In this document: in pieces, positions 13,721 through 27,650 of the stretch
Position numbering within the stretch: the first letter of the stretch is position 1
How the letters are laid out: each line of letters starts with the position of its first letter
NCBI GenBank assembly: GCA_951406725.2
Contig: OX597825.1
Coordinates: forward strand, 8,556,001 to 8,620,000
Direction: 5' to 3'
DNA: 64,000 bases
Origin: Octopus vulgaris
Lineage: Eukaryota
Program-made: the position numbers and the translations under genes
Notes under the pieces: model-generated
Seen by the model: only the letters and a program-made list of their open reading frames with translations
What the model was told of the DNA's origin: nothing
Database searches by the model: none

Positions 13721-13879
13721 TTTTAAAATAAAATTACATACATATTATCAATGCATTTACAACACCTATAAATATTACAGCTACAAAATTAATACCTGAT
13801 GAATTGGTGAATTGTATAAATTTGCTGAGCTTCTTCATAAACATTTTTGTTCTTTCCTTGTGGGACATAAATAAACACA

Positions 13880-15345
13880 TGATTAGTATTGCCGACTCTT
13901 GAGCATCCCACATCATTTTGGCCAAGGGACGAAACTGGTTCCGCAAGTTTCAAACTTACCACGTGGAAGGGCTGTCCCTGGGCCTTGTTAATGCTTATTG
14001 CAAAGCTCAGTTTTAGCGGGAATTACAGGTGCTTGTACTAGAAAGGCATATCCAAGGGAATAACTGGAATTGTAGGAATGAATACAGGCCTACCGCTTGC
14101 TTTACCAGTCAAAGTTCCTGTCTCCAAGATTGTTGGCATCATCTTTATAATAAGTCGTGTGTCATTGCAAAGCTTTGGTGGATGGAGATGTCGAAGCGGC
14201 ATAGCTGGTGCCATAATCTTGAAGTGCAAGTTGTGAAGTGTGAGGCCAGGTTGTGTTAAACTATTCAAGATTTCAACTGGATAATTCACAGCTTTATCGA
14301 TGTTGAGTATAGTGTCAATGGAATTGTAGGTGTGACGCTCACCTTGCAACTGTTCCAGAAGTTTAAAGTTCAAATCATCAACTCCCGCATTCTTCAGAGC
14401 TAAAATGACACGGGTTTTCAGCCAGTTGTGGAATGTAAACTGGTTCCTCGCGTTAGGAAACATATCGGTCATTAGTTCTTTTAAATCACATACCATATGT
14501 CCAAAAGACAAGTTTACCCGGCAATAATTCTCTCCAACCGAATTGCCATTACCGACGTCCAACAGTTGCTTTGAAAAGGTTCTGTCTGCATCATCACCAC
14601 TGAGCAGCACTTTCATGCCGGTTGTGAATCTTAGCTTTTGCACACAGCTCCATAGGTAGGACGACTTTATACTGGTATTTACTTCAGCAGCTCTTGTCGC
14701 CTTTGGAACCAGTAGAAGGATTTGTCTAAAGTCTCCTGCAAGTAAGACTGTGACATCACCCATGAGCCTGGTATTGTGTCTCAGATACTGAAGGTATATG
14801 TCAAGAGCTTCAAACGAAACCTTATGGCTCATTGTCGCTTCATCCCAGATGATCAACCTGCATTCACCCGGAAGTTTGCCCTTTATAGAACCACGACTGA
14901 TGTGGCAGTTTGCCTTCTCTTTCTTGGACAGGTCAAAGAAATTTGAGACAGGAATGAGCTGTGAAGCCACCACTTAGCAGAGTTGCAGCTGTTCCACTTG
15001 ACATCACTGCTATGGCAATGTGTTTCATTCGGCGCAGTTTAGCCAGAAGAAGGTTGATGACAAATGTTTTGCCAGTTCCACCTGAAGCATCCAGAAAAAA
15101 AGCAACTCCTCTTTCATTTTCAATGATCCAAATAATGGTGTTATAAACACCCAATTTGTTCTTTGTCAGCTATATACCCCCTCGTTTCTTCAATGTCATA
15201 GCTCATTTTTTGCAGGTACTCAAATGCGAGATGGTTTGCTACCTACTCCGGTTGAGGCAGAGCTTGCACTCGGGTGTCTAGGTCAAGTAATGCCTCATTG
15301 TTAATGGTGTTATTGAAGGTGGCAATTTCCGCTGAGATAGCTCCA
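13880..15345 (-). pseudogene. Helitron RepHel PIF1-type helicase fragment, frameshifted
   Basis: FFLDASGGTGKTF (Walker A), SSGTAATLLSGGFTAHS, LIIWDEATM, LLAGDFRQIL, LCNDTRL, and FAISINKAQGQ..GCSRVG near 13890-14020. No Rep domain seen. Confidence 0.92.
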
Positions 15346-15389
15346 TCAGAAATAAACCAACTGCAGTTGGTGTTTTTGGATACCAATGA

Positions 15390-16300
15390 AAGAAGGTTTT
15401 TACTCTATGTCGCAATGGACAATCACCCATTCTCAAGTTTTCAAAATTTGGTTGTCCATCTCCAAAAATGCTCAGCAGTTTCAAGCATTCGCACTTATAC
15501 TTCTATTCACTTCACATCAATTTACGACCTCATTCATATTCGATGTTCATATTTTAAAGTTATATGCAATTATTTTGTTATTTTCCCATTTCTGTAACTA
15601 AAAGCAATTTGATCATATGTTTTGATTTTTGTAGGTTGCCGTCAATATAAAGATAATTTATTCTATGTGTATTGTTGATCTTACATTATTTTCCATTCAG
15701 TTATGTATTGTGTGGTCAATCTATAATAGTTTTCTCGTCTGTATACACATTATATATCATTATCTTTTAATCTTGTTCTCTAACATTGGTAGTTCTTTTA
15801 GCCCGAAGTTATAACATATGCTTAATAAATGAACGATTACAATAGTCACGCTGATAATAAATTTTGGCATTCTGTTGTGTCTTACATTTTATTGTTAATG
15901 ACAATATAACATTCCTTCTGAAGCTGTGGTTTCATTTCAGTATATTTTACTCACTTCATTGATATTTAAATATTTCTGAGACTGCATTTCGTCTAATTCT
16001 CAACTTCATTTATTACTATATCTAGTATGGTTTTAGTATTCTTGATAAAATGTCAACAAATGGCCTGACGCATTTGTCTTCATCTCATGGCTATTGTTTT
16101 TGTATATAGCCTGTATTGAGACACATGCAGTTTATACATACAGGTCATATACAAAACACCATTGTGTTTTTCCCCATCTGTGTTAAGTCCAGAATATTAT
16201 TCAATATAAAATGATACTCAAAATGATTAAGCTTTAGACAGAAATATATTGTGAAATGGAGTCCAATGTGGACATAATTTCTAGAATCCCATCTGTTTGT
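15390..16300 (-). pseudogene. Putative endogenous parvovirus/densovirus NS1-like remnant (HUH + SF3 helicase)
   Basis: Allowing frameshifts: GLHF(H) ~16255, YIQK ~16100, RINYLYIDG/QPTKIKT ~15620-15665, GRKLM*SE 15506-15529, LETA/SIFG 15461-15485, PLRHR 15404-15418. Confidence 0.45.
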
Positions 16301-17177
16301 ATCTGCAAACATTTGAGATCTGTCCGCGGCTTCCGAAGATTGTCCTCATAATATTGGTTCATATTTACTCATAGCTATTATTTTCCATACTCTTTGGTTA
16401 ACGTAATATAAACTTTTGTTACTTCATCTATCTTATGCTTAAACACACCCATTTCCTTCTATCATGTTCTCGTTTGGCTATGTCGATTATCGTTTCAGTC
16501 ATTCGGATATTTATCATTTATCTTTATGTTCTTGCACGTAGATTATTTGGGTTTTGATGTACATAATCGGTCTATTCAAGCTGGTGTAACCACCATTATA
16601 ATTAATAGAATAGGTGCTACATATATCATTTTATACCACTGTCACTATAGATGCTCGAGTTACTTTTAATTATGGTAGACAGAATTATTGTTGTCTATGA
16701 ATGGTAAAGTTTCAGAATTCGAATATAGCGTCATAGGCTCATATCCAACACGCCTCCATAGAAAATGAGATTCATTATATTTTAACTGTCGCACTGCACG
16801 CTTTCCATAACTACTGCGGCTTGTAGGCCACAACTGTGGCGATACTTTGTACCAGGACAGAATGCAATTACTTGTAGGAGTGAGGAATTTCGCTCGTAAC
16901 TGGCAATCTTGTTTCTTTAATCACCCTCCTCAGAACTTCCACGCACTCCAAGGATATAGGGAAAAACATTATATCAAAGAACCGTTTCCTCTTCGTGCCA
17001 AAGCCCCAAAACTCAAGCGTTCGTGATATTCTGATTTTTCCTTTCTGCATTAATTTTGGAGGAACTCGTCGCGCAGGAAACGAATAAATGAGTAAAATAC
17101 ACTGGAATGAAACAACAGCTTCACAAAGAAATTTATATTGACATTAACAATAACATATAAAGCAGAGCAGAATACCA
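15865..17177. repeat. Old inverted repeat, arms 15865-15953 and 17089-17177
   Basis: 89-bp ungapped alignment, about 15 mismatches. Confidence 0.85.
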
Positions 17178-18264
17178 TTTGAATGGTTGTTGTAGGTGGT
17201 ATATTTGACTACTTTTGGGTGAAACAACATCCTGTATTTTGCTTAACTAAAGTTATTATGATTAGCTGTGTATATGTATTGAATAGTATGCAATGATTTA
17301 TGCTTAATTTGGGCTTCGCTTTAGGTTTTGGTTTAGCTATTTTAGGTGTTTGACTTGTAAATGTAATATACGAATATTCGTGCTCTATGCTTTAAATTTT
17401 CACATTTTTTTATGTTTGTTTCCTCTTCATTGTTTCAATGTAGATCCAGCTTAGTGGTGGAATGTTTACGTTTGGCTCGGATTATTTGTCATTTACATGT
17501 ATAGGAGTATAGTCCAATAATTTCGCTTCTAATGAAAAGCATGTTACGTAAAAATATATTCCATTCTTATTTCTGATTCATTTATGCTTCTCTGGATTTC
17601 ATTGTAAAATATATTGAGAAATATTGTCAATTTAATTAAGTGTTTATCCTATTTTCGAGTAGTGGTATATTTATCTGGAAACGATATGTTTCGAATGAGT
17701 CATTTTTTATGTTTGATTTATATTCGTAACAACCATGGGCTAACTGACTTAGATATTTTTGGAACGGTCATCTGCGTAGTAAATGCGACTAAGTAACTAG
17801 TATTGCTAAAGAATCGAATGTGAAGTGCGATGTAATCAGGTCTAAACAGTGATTACTTTCCCTTGCTTGTTCGTGTTGCTTAACCAAAAGGGGCTTCACG
17901 GATTACATTTCAATTACAAATTGCGAATATTGTATGTTTGATAATATATCGTAGTTGTGTTATATATGTATTAATTCTATGTTGTTTTTTCATTGTTTAT
18001 TGCAAGACACATTTATTGCTTCTCGAAAGATTATAAAATGGTGTCTTGCTCGTCCCTAAAGTTTTTATAACAGCTACGAAGAACATTTAATTGTGTACAC
18101 ACGTCCACACATTGACAAACATTAAGGGACGCATACACACAAACACGGACAGATACACATAAACAGGGCGGTAGCACACACATGCGCACACTCACACACA
18201 GAAAAAGAAGCACACGTAAAGACAGGCAAAGGCACACACCCCAAAAATATGTACACTGCGCATG

Positions 18265-18291
18265 ACATTATCATTATTATTATTTTTATTA

Positions 18292-18368
<77 letters not shown>
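18265..18368. repeat. (ATT)n microsatellite
   Basis: Directly visible. Confidence 0.95.
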
Positions 18369-19312
18369 AGTATTAGTTCTATTATTGTGGAGGCGCAATG
18401 ACCCATTACGAGTACACGTGTCTATCCTCTCTGTCGCTCTCTGTCCCTTTCTCCTCTGCCAGCTGCTGACACGCGTTCCGTACCAGTTCTACTTCATTCT
18501 CTCTTTCTCACTGGCAGCCTAACAGTGCGCAGCGGTCACAAAAATGTTTCTTTGTCTAACTATTTACTGTTGTCCATATCCTTCAGAATAATTTCTCGCC
18601 TTTTGGCTGCTAGCCTGTATTTTACTCCTGTCGTCCTTGTCCAATGTCTTAAATTAAATATTTTTTTACTTTTTACTTTCGTATGTCCACTCTGTCCCGT
18701 TTTCTTTGCTTGACGCGCATTCTTGGTGTCTTTGCAGGCACCGCCAAGATGGGAAAACCTTCAGTCTTATCATTAAATATGCGAAACTGATTATTACCAA
18801 TCTAGTTGGTAAATTATGAGGAATTAGGGAACCTGTGTGTCATATACGTATACGCTTTTTATCTGTCGTTGTCTATTTATAATACATTGTTTCATAAATA
18901 TGTGTGTATGTGTGTGTTTGTTTGTGTGTGTGAGTCTGTGTGTACATGCGTGCATGTGTATGTGCGTGTGCGCGTGTTGTGTGTGTGTAAAATATAAGTG
19001 AGATTCAGTTGGATCAAGTACATCATTTGAAAAAAATCGGTCTCGTCAGATGACTTCAAAAATAAAGGATAGCTCTACGGTAATGAGTGGACACCTGTAC
19101 ACCTTCGTTACTCGTATAAGTTCCAATAAAGTGGTGGCCACCACAGTGATAACATGCTATTAAACAGATGTCCAGGCTGTCGAGAATTCTAAGCGAACAT
19201 GGAATCATTACTTAGGGAAGCGAATTTACGCCTATCGACAAACGGGCTATATTTTGAATCAATCACACACGCATATATATACTTGCATACATATGTGTTT
19301 GTTCTCGAGTGT

Positions 19313-19372
<60 letters not shown>

Positions 19373-20004
19373 GTGTGTGTGTGTGTGTTGTGCAGTATAT
19401 TATATATGAGCGTATTCGTATTTATACAAGAACTTATATTTCATTTCTGTTTTTCCTGCAATTTCACTATACTCAGGGTTGACATATTTCCAAATATATA
19501 AACTTTGGATTAAGCCATTTATTTGATAATTGATTAACCATTGTAGGAATTCCATGTTGTTCTATACGGTTATTCTGTATTCTTCAATCAAGTACGTTTT
19601 ATTTACCTAAAGGAAAAACAAGATTTAGGCTAGCGTACACTCTTTGGTTAATTTGATAATACTTCTGAAATATGAATGCTGCAATGGACTTGAGGCCATA
19701 TGATAGGATATCATTCTGTATATAAATGCACTATTGCGACTATATCTTGTGGGTTTCTAATATAATTGCTAATATAAAATGATTAACAATGTTCAGTGTA
19801 TTTCATGTAGGTTGGCTGCTTCAACAAATATGTAAAGCTCTCTATCTGTATTGGTTAAATATATATATACAGAAATATAAATATCATTACAGACAAACAT
19901 GTATACATATACACATATGCATCTATGTACTCACCTGTTTAGGTATTTGTATATCCGCTTGTCCACGCACGTGTTGATATATATATTTATGTGTGTGTTT
20001 GTGT

Positions 20005-20220
20005 GTCTGTGTTTGTCCCCCTAGCATTGTTTGACAACCGATGCTGGTGTGTTTATGTCCCCGTTACTTAGCTGTTCGGCAAAATAGACCGATAGAATAA
20101 GTACCGGGCTTACAAAAGAATAAGCCCCGGGGTCAAATTGCTCGATTAAAGGCGGTGCTCCAGCATGGCCGCAGTCAAATGACTGAAACAAGTAAAAGAG
20201 TAAAAAGAGAGTAAAAGAGT
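20005..20220 (+). mobile_element. SINE 3' tail (45659 family)
   Basis: Near-identical to 45897-46082, plus GGCGGTGCTCCAGCATGGCCGCAGTC; ends in (GAGTAAAA)n. Confidence 0.85.
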
Positions 20221-20282
20221 ATAAATATATATGTGTGTGTGTGTGTGTGTATGTGTGTGCGTGTATCATATTCATATATATA

Positions 20283-20315
20283 GTAGCAGAGATATCCAGC
20301 GCTACTCGGGATTAA
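20283..20315 (-). mobile_element. Helitron-type 3' terminus remnant
   Basis: GTAGCAGAGATATCCAGCGCTACTCGGG resembles the termini at 13226 and 47259; a similar remnant lies at about 9575-9602. Confidence 0.4.
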
Positions 20316-20511
20316 AATGCCATGGCTTGTATATTATATATTACAGTTATGTTGAAACAAGTAATACGGGAAAGTGCAACATTGACGACAAAGCATTTGT
20401 GCAGTAAATTTTAAAGCTTTGCAGAAACGACAATTTGAGCGTCAAACAAATACACTTTGCCTGTGGTTCATACACCTGTGTTCCTCTTTTGTTTTTTGGT
20501 AAATTTCAACT

Positions 20512-20824
<313 letters not shown>

Positions 20825-22733
20825 TTTATAAAGTAATCATTAGTTCTTTATATTGACGCATAGTTTGTTGAGAAATGTTCATTCAGAAGCTAGCTGATGT
20901 CAATCTCCACTAAAAAATGGTTATTTTCTTTTTATCGCCTGTGTTACGATGACGTCTGAAAACGAAGACTTATCAATGTTTTACTTCATTTCCATAGCTA
21001 TTCGCACAAATAAACGTAGACGATATAAAATAAACCTGTCGTTTATTGTTCAAAGGAAATAAGGAAAACGAAAGTAAATCAAAGGAGACAAGTATCTTAA
21101 GAATGTTGGCATCCCAGATAACTCCTACTATATAAATGAAAGGGATTTAATCTCAAATTGTATAATTTATGTTGTTTCCAATGTATTATCTCTTGTCAAT
21201 ATCTTGTGGAGTAGAAGATTTCTGTGGAATGCCAGAAATTCACCTCGCTCTTTCCTGCCTTCTACACACCTTCTTTGCAGTCGAAAACCAATCAACGAAG
21301 AAGCTTCAGCACGATTGCTTGATGGATTAGAATTACCAGACAACATTCATTGTGATAGTGCAATATTCCTCTCAATGATAAATGAAATGTTTAAATACCA
21401 CCCGTCATAAAGAGTACCTGAAGGCATAAAGAAAGATTAGTGAAGGCTTGAGTATGGTTCAACATAAACTGATTACACGTGGAGTGGCCTAGGGCTAAAA
21501 TAACTAGCAACAACATAATTGAATTGTTTTATTTCAGTTTATGCCTGATACCAATGGATTTTTACGTTCTTATCTGTCTTCCAGTGTACAGCTAATTGCT
21601 TAGTGGACAGGTTACATGTCTCTTTTCAGGTGACAGTGTGGAGCGAATGTTTTATATTTGGAAACTGATCAGCCTCAAGGCAGAAACAAACTGAAAATAT
21701 TGCCACAAAATTTATCTGCAAGAAATATTAAAAAGAAACAAAAATAAAATCGGTGTTTATTAGAAGAAATCTAGATATTTCTCTCCGATCGAAGAAACGT
21801 GAATGTAGATTGAGAGCCGTTGAACAAATTTGCAACGTAAACCGGCTTCATTAATATAGAAAATATGTTCAATTATTAATTGCGTAATTATAAGTTCCTT
21901 CGAGTTTTAGTTAAAAAAATTGCGTTCTATAATTCTTTGATGTGTGATCGGCCTAAAATTAGCTGCATCTCATGTATTGGCAAAATGCATATTATTTGCA
22001 TTGAACCTCATAAGAACATAAAAATGAAATTTAAGGCTAAACATTAAACAAAAGAAATTAGAATGAGCTATTACGAAAAGGATCAGAATATCGAACAGTT
22101 AGCAATTAAGGGCATTTTACAAGCGAACTACTTGCAGAAAATAAAACAAAAATATTATCGCTCGTAATTTTTGGATTAGCATTGAGAATCAAATATTTGT
22201 TTTAATGTCGTAAATTAAAGATCTAATTAGTGTGGGTGAATAATCGTTATGCAACGTAATGTATTTAGTATTTTTCCATATTGGGTTTTAAATATTTTGC
22301 TTTTCTTCGATTGGCGACATATAAAGGAAATAAATGTTATTAATTTCAATACGGAACATCTTTAGATCTTCAAATCGAACTACCAAATTATAATTGGTTT
22401 CGGTATTATTGTTGTGCAATCAAGCTAATTTTACTGTTGTCAAACGGTATTTCCCCATTTAGTCATTTATTTAATTTTGAATGGCTAAAAATTTCTATAA
22501 CGGCGAAAACAGTGAAAACTATGTACAATCAGACAGTTTTCACAGAGAGGAAGGGAGAGAGAGAGAGAGGGAGAGAGAAAAATAGAGAGGCAGAGACTGA
22601 GACAGAGAGAGGAGGGGAGAAACAAAATACTAACACATGCATATACTTAAATATATGCTTCTACACACACGTCACAAAGAAATATATACACACTCATAAA
22701 TATATGTATGCATGCATATCTTGTTATGTGTGT

Positions 22734-22766
<33 letters not shown>

Positions 22767-25746
22767 AGTGTGTGTGTGTGTGTGTGTTTATATACAAGAA
22801 AGTACGGTGGAGAGAGACAAGAGGATGGAAATATTTAAGTAAATATGTTTTCGTTCATTTGTGTATACTCATGTTTCCGTTTCTTTATGACTCTTAGACA
22901 TTCATAGCCTTTACCAAATATTTTCTAGTAATTTGTAAAGGAACGTCAGTGAATAACTGGATTATAAGAATTAAGCTATATATAGTGAAATTCGTTTCCT
23001 TTTCTTATCATATCAATAGAGTCCAGGTATATAAAGAACTCTAACTCAAGATATTTACTTGACATGCAGTGCACAAACATTTCCATTATTCAATATTGTA
23101 GCGTACTTTTAGGTGTATATAATACCCTCATTACACACGGCTTCCACATAGGACTTTCCTTCTGCAGATTCATATTCACGCAAAATTGACGGATTCCTCC
23201 ACACAAAAGTTGATTCATAGCATCACACACACAACCACACACAAAAACTCTGAGATATATATAGGCATTTATAAATATATACATACATGGATGTAGATAT
23301 ATACATTTATAGATGATATATTTGCATATAAGTGTAAATATGTTTAATAAGTCTTCTTCAAGCGCTTAATACTGAGATGGGTTTTACAACATTTTAGCAG
23401 GAATTTCTGACACAATTTGCTCTTGTAGTTCTTCAATATCTTATTGTGTGAATCTGACAAAAACATTAATATATTTGAGTAGTCTTCATATACCTATAGA
23501 AGACTCCAAATTATGACATCTCATATGGTCTGTTTTTCAAAGGAATAATAGTGGTGTTGACAAAATGTTTTGGGGTAAGATTAGAATACGCCTAAAGAAT
23601 ACTCCTTTACCTGTGTAATCACTTCATAAGATATTCTATGCTCTTAAGAGAAGCGTGGTGTTCGTAGAGCCATGGCGGTCTTGCACATCCTTCCTAGTCC
23701 TGGTTTCCACTCCAGCAAATGTTATGAAAAGTAAACACTCTCAAATGAGATCAAACTTATTGACCTCAAAAAAGCTGATTTCCAGAATTGGGAGGTTTGT
23801 TCAAATTACTCAGTTTGCATTCTTTGTGTGGAAAAACATCTTTCTTACTGCTAATTACGTAAAGGTCCATTTTAGATAATACGTTCTCAGTTTCTCAGCT
23901 TCATATGAAAGCTGAGCACCAGCAACCCAAGCATTACGGATGGCCAAATGGCAGGCATGTTACAGCTCAACTGACGTAATCGTAATATGGTTGTATTTAT
24001 TCATCTCCCGATTAACAGTTTCTGAACTATTTACTTTATTTTGTGTGACAGTATGGATTCGCTCATTTATAAAATTTACTGCGCACTTCTGCCTCTTGCC
24101 CGAATCTATCCTTGTATTCATAACGATGTCTAATGAATTCTAGCGTTTACTAGCGAATAGATTATGAGTTTCCTGCATAGGTTGTGTAAACAAACACATA
24201 CGTACACACATCGCATATATTCTAATGCTTCATACTTCATAGCCTTCATGATAATTAATTAACTTTCGCTACATTTCCATTTTAATAGTTTTGCACAAAC
24301 ATTTTAATTATGGCCTTCAGGATTGTTTAGTTATAATTCCTTTTTTAAAATTTACATTGACATCTTTAAGTAGTGGACACAAGACCCTAGGTTTTGGGCG
24401 CAGGAAAGTATGCCCATATGGTTACATTTTGGAAATCAAGGTTTTTCATAACCATGCTGGCAAATACGAGACGGGATCACCGGCCTCAACTAAATTCTTC
24501 CCTAGCAACTCAATATGTGATGAAACAAATACACGTCATTTGACTGCTTTCCATATAAGGTGGTATGGGGCTACTTCGAATCAGCGAAGCATACGTTCGG
24601 TGAGTAACCAATTATTACTGATGTGCAATTATATCAGACCTCTCGTTATCACGTGAAGTGCATAATTATTCATTTTCTGACATCACCACGCAGAAATTCC
24701 AGCCTCATTACTTTAACATAAATAGCAGACAGTTTTCTTCTGTCAAGTATTTGAGTTCGAACAAAGTATATTTTGAACAAGATTGATTGTATGTATATTT
24801 TTCTCGCCTGTCTACGCCACTGGTGAGCTATTTTAAGTGCCACTTCGGGATGAAGTTGAAGGCAGACCTGAAAAGATATTGCGCCTAGGGTTTCTGCTAG
24901 AATGTGTCTGCGAGTGACAAGAATATATTGTGTGAAATGACTTTATTAGCAGAATTGCTGAGAGAGAGAGAGACAGAGAAATGAAAACAGTATTAGAGAG
25001 CAATTGCGTTTGAAAATGAGGATAAACCTAGATCATTGTTATTCAACGCAGAGATGTCGATGGCTGGGCGCTTACTGGAAATTCCTACTGTATTGTTTCA
25101 TTTGTATTCAGTCGTTTCCCTGTGTGTTTACATCTCAAAATTAATTCTGCGAAAATATTTGTCATTTTTATATTTGTTCTTATCAGTTCCCTACTTTGTA
25201 AGTGTTGTGGCAAAGCAAAACGTTACTAAAACTATCAATTATTATTATATGGCCTTGAGTGTTTGCCTATAAACAACTGCGAGTACGACGGTTCCATTCT
25301 AAGAATGCTTAATAAGTATATTTTTCACTGAATCTGGAAGAGAATCGACTTATATGAACGTACACTGTGTCACTGAAGGGTTGAAACGATTCGGTAGATC
25401 ATATGTTTAGCCATGACTTCATTTTAAACATGCCATTCATAGTTGAAAGTACTCTCAGATATTCTCAACATAATGGCAGTATCCGTACTTCATGTCAATA
25501 ACATAAGGAAGTAATCCACCTAACAACGGTTATTACCAAATTTCACTGCTAAATACGTTAACAGAAAGGACAAAAATATACTGCGTTTGATTTCTTTATT
25601 AGCCACAAGGGATCAAAATAGAGGTGACAAACAAACAGAGAGGACACCACAGAGGGGACAATACATAGAACGAATATGAAGGAGATGATTATATAACAAT
25701 GCGGTTATGAATGGCTGTATGCGCCCCTCATCCCATGCAGTATCTA

Positions 25747-25897
25747 TTTCTTTACTACCCACAAGGGGCTAAACACAGAGAGGAAAAACAATAACAGACA
25801 AACGGATTAATTCGATTATATCGACCCCAGTGCGTAACTGGTACTTCATTTATCGACCCCGAAAGGATGAAAGGCAAAGTCGACCTCAACGGAATCT
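25747..25897 (-). mobile_element. Nin-domain SINE 3' part; partial duplicate of its tail at about 25591-25670
   Basis: ATCGACCCCAGTGCGTAACTGGTACTT.ATTTATCGACCCCGAAAGGATGAAAGGCAAAGTCGACCTC. Confidence 0.8.
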
Positions 25898-26849
25898 CAT
25901 GCAGTACCATTAATCCTTTTTTACAGTCCATTTTTAACATCTATTTACATAACAATTACTTATCGAGTTACATACCATTGCAAGTATTTGAACCGTTGTA
26001 TACATTCTCTGAAATTGTTCTTCTATTTTTCAATATTTTTTAAACATAACAAAAGTAACATACTTATTTTCTTTTTAGTAGTATTTCCTTAATGGTTCAA
26101 TTTCTACCAAATCCACTACTGGTGGCGATTCTTTGAAGTCCACCCTTACTCCTGGTGGGTCAATACTATCTAAAATATACTACGTTTACTACCATCAATA
26201 CAATAGAAACAAATGCATTTTGCAACTAATATGAGTGTTGAAGACATCTATCAAATAAGTCAACCCAAAAACAAGAAAAAGAAAAAGGAAAAAAAAAAGA
26301 AATGCATGAGGTATATCGGAAAAGTTCATTTTCCTGTGAAGTATCAATTTTGTAAAAGATAAAAGGAGAGTCAGAGAGATTTTTCATACACTTCATTAAG
26401 GAAGCCGAAAGTTTTATGAATCGACTTGCCATATGATCTGTGTTCAATTGGCAGGGTTTCAGTTTATAACATGACCGAGTAGACAGAGTGCGAAGATGAG
26501 TATAAAATGCAGGCAATGTTGGAGTCTCACAAACCTGTGCGCATTCTTAAGATACAACAGACAAGCAGCGAATACGAAACCGTAACAGCTTCCTACCCTT
26601 CGTCAGCGTTACAGATTTTTTATCTGCAAATACAGATAATATAAAATTTCGGTGAATATTTTGCATTCCTACTGTGAAGATCTTAGCAACTCAAATTTTA
26701 CTAATTTCCGAAGACAAAATAGAGACTAGAATTCGACCACCTCAAGAGAATGGAATGTGCTGTTTCAGATAAAAGCAAATTTGTATCTCCTTACTTGAGA
26801 AACTAAAAACAAATCGAGAAACAATCTAACTCATTTGAAAAATGGCCTC

Positions 26850-27370
26850 GAAGAAAGGGGATTGTGTTGCTAGTTGTTTGCTTGAACTATAATAGCAATG
26901 TGTGTAATAGGAAATGTACCTGGGAACAAATTTAAAGGTGAGGCAGAATATTTGGTCAAACACCTGCACACAGACTTTGTTGTAAATAGAAAAGAAACAC
27001 AAGAGTCAAAGCGAGAGACATTAATGACTGCATTAATTATTAATTCGTGTTATCTTTGTACCATAGTAGCTGCATCTTGTGAACACTGAGGCGACATTTG
27101 ATCGTGTATACGTGGAGATATATATGGATGCTCATGATATCGGAAAATCACAAAACTCTCGTTAAACTGTATCCTTTTTTGGACTACAGATGAAATCAAT
27201 TAGCGTTGTGCTGCATCGGAGAAACATCATTCATTAAACATATGGCAGAGAGAGATATGATTGAAGCTGATGTCGCTAAAGATAACAAGCGAATAAAAGA
27301 CACAGGTGGCAAGGAGCAGTTTTATTATTTGGTTTCAGTAGGAGGCTGTTTCCTTTATGTATTCAGTTAA
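26850..27370 (+). pseudogene. Very old LINE (RTE-like) reverse transcriptase remnant
   Basis: KKGD..NY..VIGNVPG, LVNTEATFDRV and SVGGCFL occur in RT motif order across frameshifts. Confidence 0.35.
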
Positions 27371-27650
27371 GCACGTTACTGATACGACGGTATCTATGGT
27401 GAAAGCAAGGTTTACCGTCTACAGCTACTTCCACTGCAATCAATAGCAAGTTCGACCTGATTCAGCCCCAACAAAACGAACGTTCAAATTCTGCAGCTGT
27501 CTTCACTCTATCACTATGCTTGCATGAAGTGGAAGAGAATCACAAATATCACACATACACACTCGCTCACACAGACACACACGCACACACACATGCATAT
27601 ACATATATATAGTTATGCGCGCGTGGGCGTGTCTGTATACAGTATATTTA

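Noticed and set aside
14038-14973. Functional host PIF1 gene
   Set aside because: Frameshifts separate Walker A and the C-terminal motifs; Helitron-type signatures; no introns.
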